DNA from: Terrimicrobiaceae bacterium
Lineage (GTDB): Bacteria > Verrucomicrobiota > Verrucomicrobiia > Chthoniobacterales > Terrimicrobiaceae
Length of the DNA: 31,028 nt
Direction of reading: 5' to 3'
Assembly: GCA_044342325.1 (NCBI GenBank)
Contig: JBIIPZ010000034.1
Location: 1-31,028, forward strand
The stretch's first letter is position 1. Every line of letters begins with the position of its first letter. Below, in pieces: positions 28,189-31,028 of the stretch. Below the pieces are notes generated by a model. The model worked only from the letters and a program-made list of their open reading frames with translations, was not told where the DNA came from and made no database searches. The translations under genes were made by a program, and so were the position numbers.

Positions 28189-29064
28189 TTACTTTCCCTT
28201 TTTCAAGACCGACATGGCCTTCCGAGCGAGGTCGTCCACAACCTGAGTAAGGTAGGCCCAATACAGTTCCTTTTCGATCGTGTCGCGCACGGTCGCGGCG
28301 GGCAGGAAGCGGCGCATTTCCTTCATGAATTCATCGCGCAATTCGGGCTGGGTCCTGAGGGCGGCGATTCGATCTCTGAGCAAGGCAGTGAACTCGGCTG
28401 GTTCCCGCTGGTGATCGCCGATTTTTAACGGGATGAGCTGGACGGGAAGTTCGATGCCTTGCTGGATGAGCCAGGCAATGTCCCAGAGGTCGCGGTTTTT
28501 GATGCGGTTCTCGCGAAAAGCGATCGCGATGACTTTGTCGGCCAGGATTTCCTCGCGGCTCTGCGCTTGAAGAATGAGTCCCGAGGTGCCGAGGTCGATG
28601 CCGTAGAGATTGCGCAGCATCATCGGACGCGGGTCGTGGCTGGGGATGGCGCAGATATCGAGGTGGATGCGTTGCGCAGGCAGATGCTTCCGGCCGGAGC
28701 GGGTCTCGATGGTCAGCTTCCAGGTGGAGACTTGGCCGCCTGTTTTGACAGGCTCGCTAACGCTAACAGGCAGGCCGTAGCGGGTTTGCAGTCGATCCAC
28801 GAGCACGCGGGCGAGTTCGGCCAGATCACTCCGCTGGAAGTCACTGCCGCCAGTGAAGTCGAGGTCCTCGCTGAGTCGTGAGGAACCGTAGCAAGCCCGC
28901 AAACAGGTCCCACCAATGAACGTAAGTCCTGTGAGCAAGCCGGCCTCGCCCATCTCGCGGAGGATGTCGTGATGCAGCAGTTCCTTTTCCACCACGGGGC
29001 GCAGTGAGGTGAGTTCGGCCCGGGAACGCAGCGCTTCGTTCACCACTTGGTCAAACAAGCTCAC
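28189..29064 (-). CDS. abiEii: AbiEii/AbiGii nucleotidyltransferase toxin (type IV TA)
   Basis: VEKELLH, FIGGTCL, RLSEDLDF, EEILADK, KNRDLWD. GTG 29064 overlaps the antitoxin 3' end. Confidence 0.92.
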   Translation of the reverse strand: MSLFDQVVNEALRSRAELTSLRPVVEKELLHHDILREMGEAGLLTGLTFIGGTCLRACYGSSRLSEDLDFTGGSDFQRSDLAELARVLVDRLQTRYGLPVSVSEPVKTGGQVSTWKLTIETRSGRKHLPAQRIHLDICAIPSHDPRPMMLRNLYGIDLGTSGLILQAQSREEILADKVIAIAFRENRIKNRDLWDIAWLIQQGIELPVQLIPLKIGDHQREPAEFTALLRDRIAALRTQPELRDEFMKEMRRFLPAATVRDTIEKELYWAYLTQVVDDLARKAMSVLKKGK

Positions 29065-29593
29065 GCGCCACCTCCTCATCCACGAGTTCCATACTGCGGC
29101 GCGTGGCCTTCATATCGCGCAGGGCTTGCCGCACAGACGCTCTCCAGAGATGACGCTCCGGATCATAGGTCAGCGCATCGCTCACATCGTCTGGACGCTG
29201 GGCCGTGTGCACAAACTCGATGTGGCCGTAGTCCCCGCAGTCCACCACATGGCTGCGGCCGGAGGTCATGAGGGTGATCCAGTTCATCGGCACCTGCGAG
29301 ATAACCCCGGCATCACTGAGAACGGTCTCGAGGCTGAGGTAATTGAACTCACCCGCTCGCAGCCGTGCGGCGGCATGAAAAAGCAGATGCCCCGCCGAAT
29401 AGTCCGGCACGGGATAGAAATAAATGCCACGACAGACCCGCTTCAAGAGCCCCGCCTTCGTCGCTCGCGACAACAGCACCGCCAACTGGTCACACTCTGG
29501 CACGGCAGACGCCAAATCAGATGGTGCAAAGACACAATGCTCCCGGTCCGCGAGGGTGCGGAGGGATTGGGTAAGTTGCTTCAACGGCTGCAT
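29051..29593 (-). CDS. abiEi: AbiEi antitoxin/transcriptional regulator
   Basis: N-terminal wHTH (LSRATKAGLLKRVCRGIY) and C-terminal YLSLETVLSDAGVISQVP. It lies directly upstream of abiEii. Confidence 0.9.
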   Translation of the reverse strand: MQPLKQLTQSLRTLADREHCVFAPSDLASAVPECDQLAVLLSRATKAGLLKRVCRGIYFYPVPDYSAGHLLFHAAARLRAGEFNYLSLETVLSDAGVISQVPMNWITLMTSGRSHVVDCGDYGHIEFVHTAQRPDDVSDALTYDPERHLWRASVRQALRDMKATRRSMELVDEEVARELV

Positions 29594-29600
29594 GTCATGA

Positions 29601-29636
29601 ACTCTACAAAACATTGCATAAAGTGCAATGTTTTGT
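29601..29636 (-). promoter_or_regulatory. abiE promoter with overlapping 13-bp perfect inverted-repeat operator
   Basis: ACAAAACATTGCA-TAAAG-TGCAATGTTTTGT (29606-29636). The minus strand reads TTGCAC-N16-TAGAGT-N7-ATG. Confidence 0.8.
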
Positions 29637-29837
29637 TCTGACTTGCTCATGCACATCCACCGCCAATTTTATTCCCGCACCTGCTTCGGTCCGCTACCGA
29701 GTCGTCACCGGCTATTTCCTCGAAGCGCTCCAAGGCGGAGAAAACCGGCGTCTCTTCTGAATGCAATGGCGGTCTTGCCGCGTGAGTCGGACCCCAAGGA
29801 CTGGCTTTAAACGAGAGTCTCCTTTGCTCCCGTTTTA

Positions 29838-31028
29838 TTAATCGTGCACAGGCAGTTTTTTCCAATCTTGATACAACCGCCAGAGGAAGAAGAGGGCGAT
29901 GGCCGACCAGAAGATGCTCCAGAGCGGGATGAAGCGGTAGGCGTAGTCGCTGCCGTTGTAGAGGTGCTTCATCAAATCCATGAAGAGGCCGCCGACGAAA
30001 CCGCCCGCAATCGTGGCCACGGAGCGCAGCAGAGCGTTGGCGGAGCAGAATTGACCGTAGCGATCAAGCGGCAGCACCCGCATATACATTGGTAACATCA
30101 TCGCTTCAGTGAGCACCGAAAACGGCAGGTTGACTGCGGTGATGCAAATCGAAACATAAAACGCCGTCGCCGGAGCAAAATCGAAGAATAGCCAGATCAA
30201 GCCAAGCGGGAGGAAAAATAAATTGATCACTTTCACCCAGAGGAGCACACGCAGGGGATGGAAACGGTCGCCCAGCGCACCGGCCGGGTATGTCAGCATC
30301 ATGTTCATGAAACTCACGGCCCCACTGATCATGCCGATCTGCGCGAGATCGAGGCCGATGGATTTTTGCAGGAAGACATTGAATACGCCGAGTGTTCCGG
30401 CAATGGACCAGAATGCCGTGCAGAGGAAGAGATTCCAGAAGTAGGGCTTGCTGTAGCACTCGACCATGTAGACCTTCACTTCGGCCATGAGGCCGGTGCG
30501 GCCCCCTTCGGATTCCGGCGGCGGGGGATGTTCCCCCTCCTTCACCTTCCAACACATGAGCCCCATGCCGATGGCATAAACAAGTGCAGCACCCACATAA
30601 ATTTCCGTCATGTGGGACTCGGCATACTTGAAGATGAAAAATCCAAAAAGCATCGACTCGAAGCTGGAGACGATGCGGAAGAGTCCCATGAAACGCCCGA
30701 GGAAATTGTGCGGGACGACATCGTTGAACAGATACCAGAAGACCGAGTTCACAAACATGTCGAAGAATTTGAAGCCCACCATGAAAACACCGATACAGAT
30801 TATGGTCACGGCCGAGACAGACATGCCCCATGCAGAAGGCAGGATGCCGTGCAGCGCGCGGCCGATCTGCTCGGAGAACCCGAGAAGAAGAAGAGACGCG
30901 GTCAGGAATGGCAGTGTGTAAAGAATGAAGGGAATCCGGCGTCCCAACGGCCCACGATGCCTGTCGCTCTTGAAGCTCACCCACGGGCATATGGTCATGT
31001 TCAGAATGCCCGGCAGGGTTACCATGAT
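29838..31028 (-). CDS. MFS transporter (sugar/glycoside-type), 5' end beyond the window
   Basis: SDRHRGPLGRRIPF motif A, GALGDRFHP repeat and many TM helices. The frame is open at the right edge. Confidence 0.88.
   Translation of the reverse strand: MMVTLPGILNMTICPWVSFKSDRHRGPLGRRIPFILYTLPFLTASLLLLGFSEQIGRALHGILPSAWGMSVSAVTIICIGVFMVGFKFFDMFVNSVFWYLFNDVVPHNFLGRFMGLFRIVSSFESMLFGFFIFKYAESHMTEIYVGAALVYAIGMGLMCWKVKEGEHPPPPESEGGRTGLMAEVKVYMVECYSKPYFWNLFLCTAFWSIAGTLGVFNVFLQKSIGLDLAQIGMISGAVSFMNMMLTYPAGALGDRFHPLRVLLWVKVINLFFLPLGLIWLFFDFAPATAFYVSICITAVNLPFSVLTEAMMLPMYMRVLPLDRYGQFCSANALLRSVATIAGGFVGGLFMDLMKHLYNGSDYAYRFIPLWSIFWSAIALFFLWRLYQDWKKLPVHD

Noticed and set aside
23766..29064. Functional link among the NYN nuclease, the CCA-less tRNA-Asp and the AbiEii nucleotidyltransferase as a tRNA-editing system
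   Set aside because: The YacP-like gene looks like a housekeeping gene, CCA-less tRNA genes are common, and abiE is 4 kb away in a separate module. Proximity is the only evidence.
29594..29656. Upstream starts for AbiEi (MCMSKSEQ...)
   Set aside because: They would translate through the operator and promoter. ATG 29593 fits the wHTH domain and the promoter spacing.

Overview
GC-rich bacterial chromosome segment, most likely Verrucomicrobiota. The taxon is an inference from a PEP-CTERM-type tail, an FlgD-Ig secreted protein and general gene style. Bases 1-24,340 are mostly housekeeping genes: GH57 branching enzyme, rdgB, a CDGSH protein, rlpA, recO, serA, an M50 protease, an RluA-family enzyme, recF, an HI0933-like flavoprotein, nfeD, dnaG-rpoD, floA, a CbiX-like protein, a glycosyltransferase, a LivJ-like lipoprotein, a VOC enzyme, an NYN nuclease and tRNA-Asp(GTC). 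Downstream of the tRNA is an accessory-looking stack, all on the minus strand: an MFS transporter (partial), an AbiEi/AbiEii type IV toxin-antitoxin pair with a palindromic operator, an orphan PEP-CTERM tail, xylA-xylB and an orphan rhaA tail. The non-coding highlights are a REP/MITE-like inverted-repeat family (three paired copies plus one degenerate arm; one arm appears to supply a gene's start codon) and several promoters placed for leaderless transcription. I see no CRISPR array, rRNA, integrase or transposase. I cannot demonstrate a wholly new system from sequence alone, so the findings are ranked leads.
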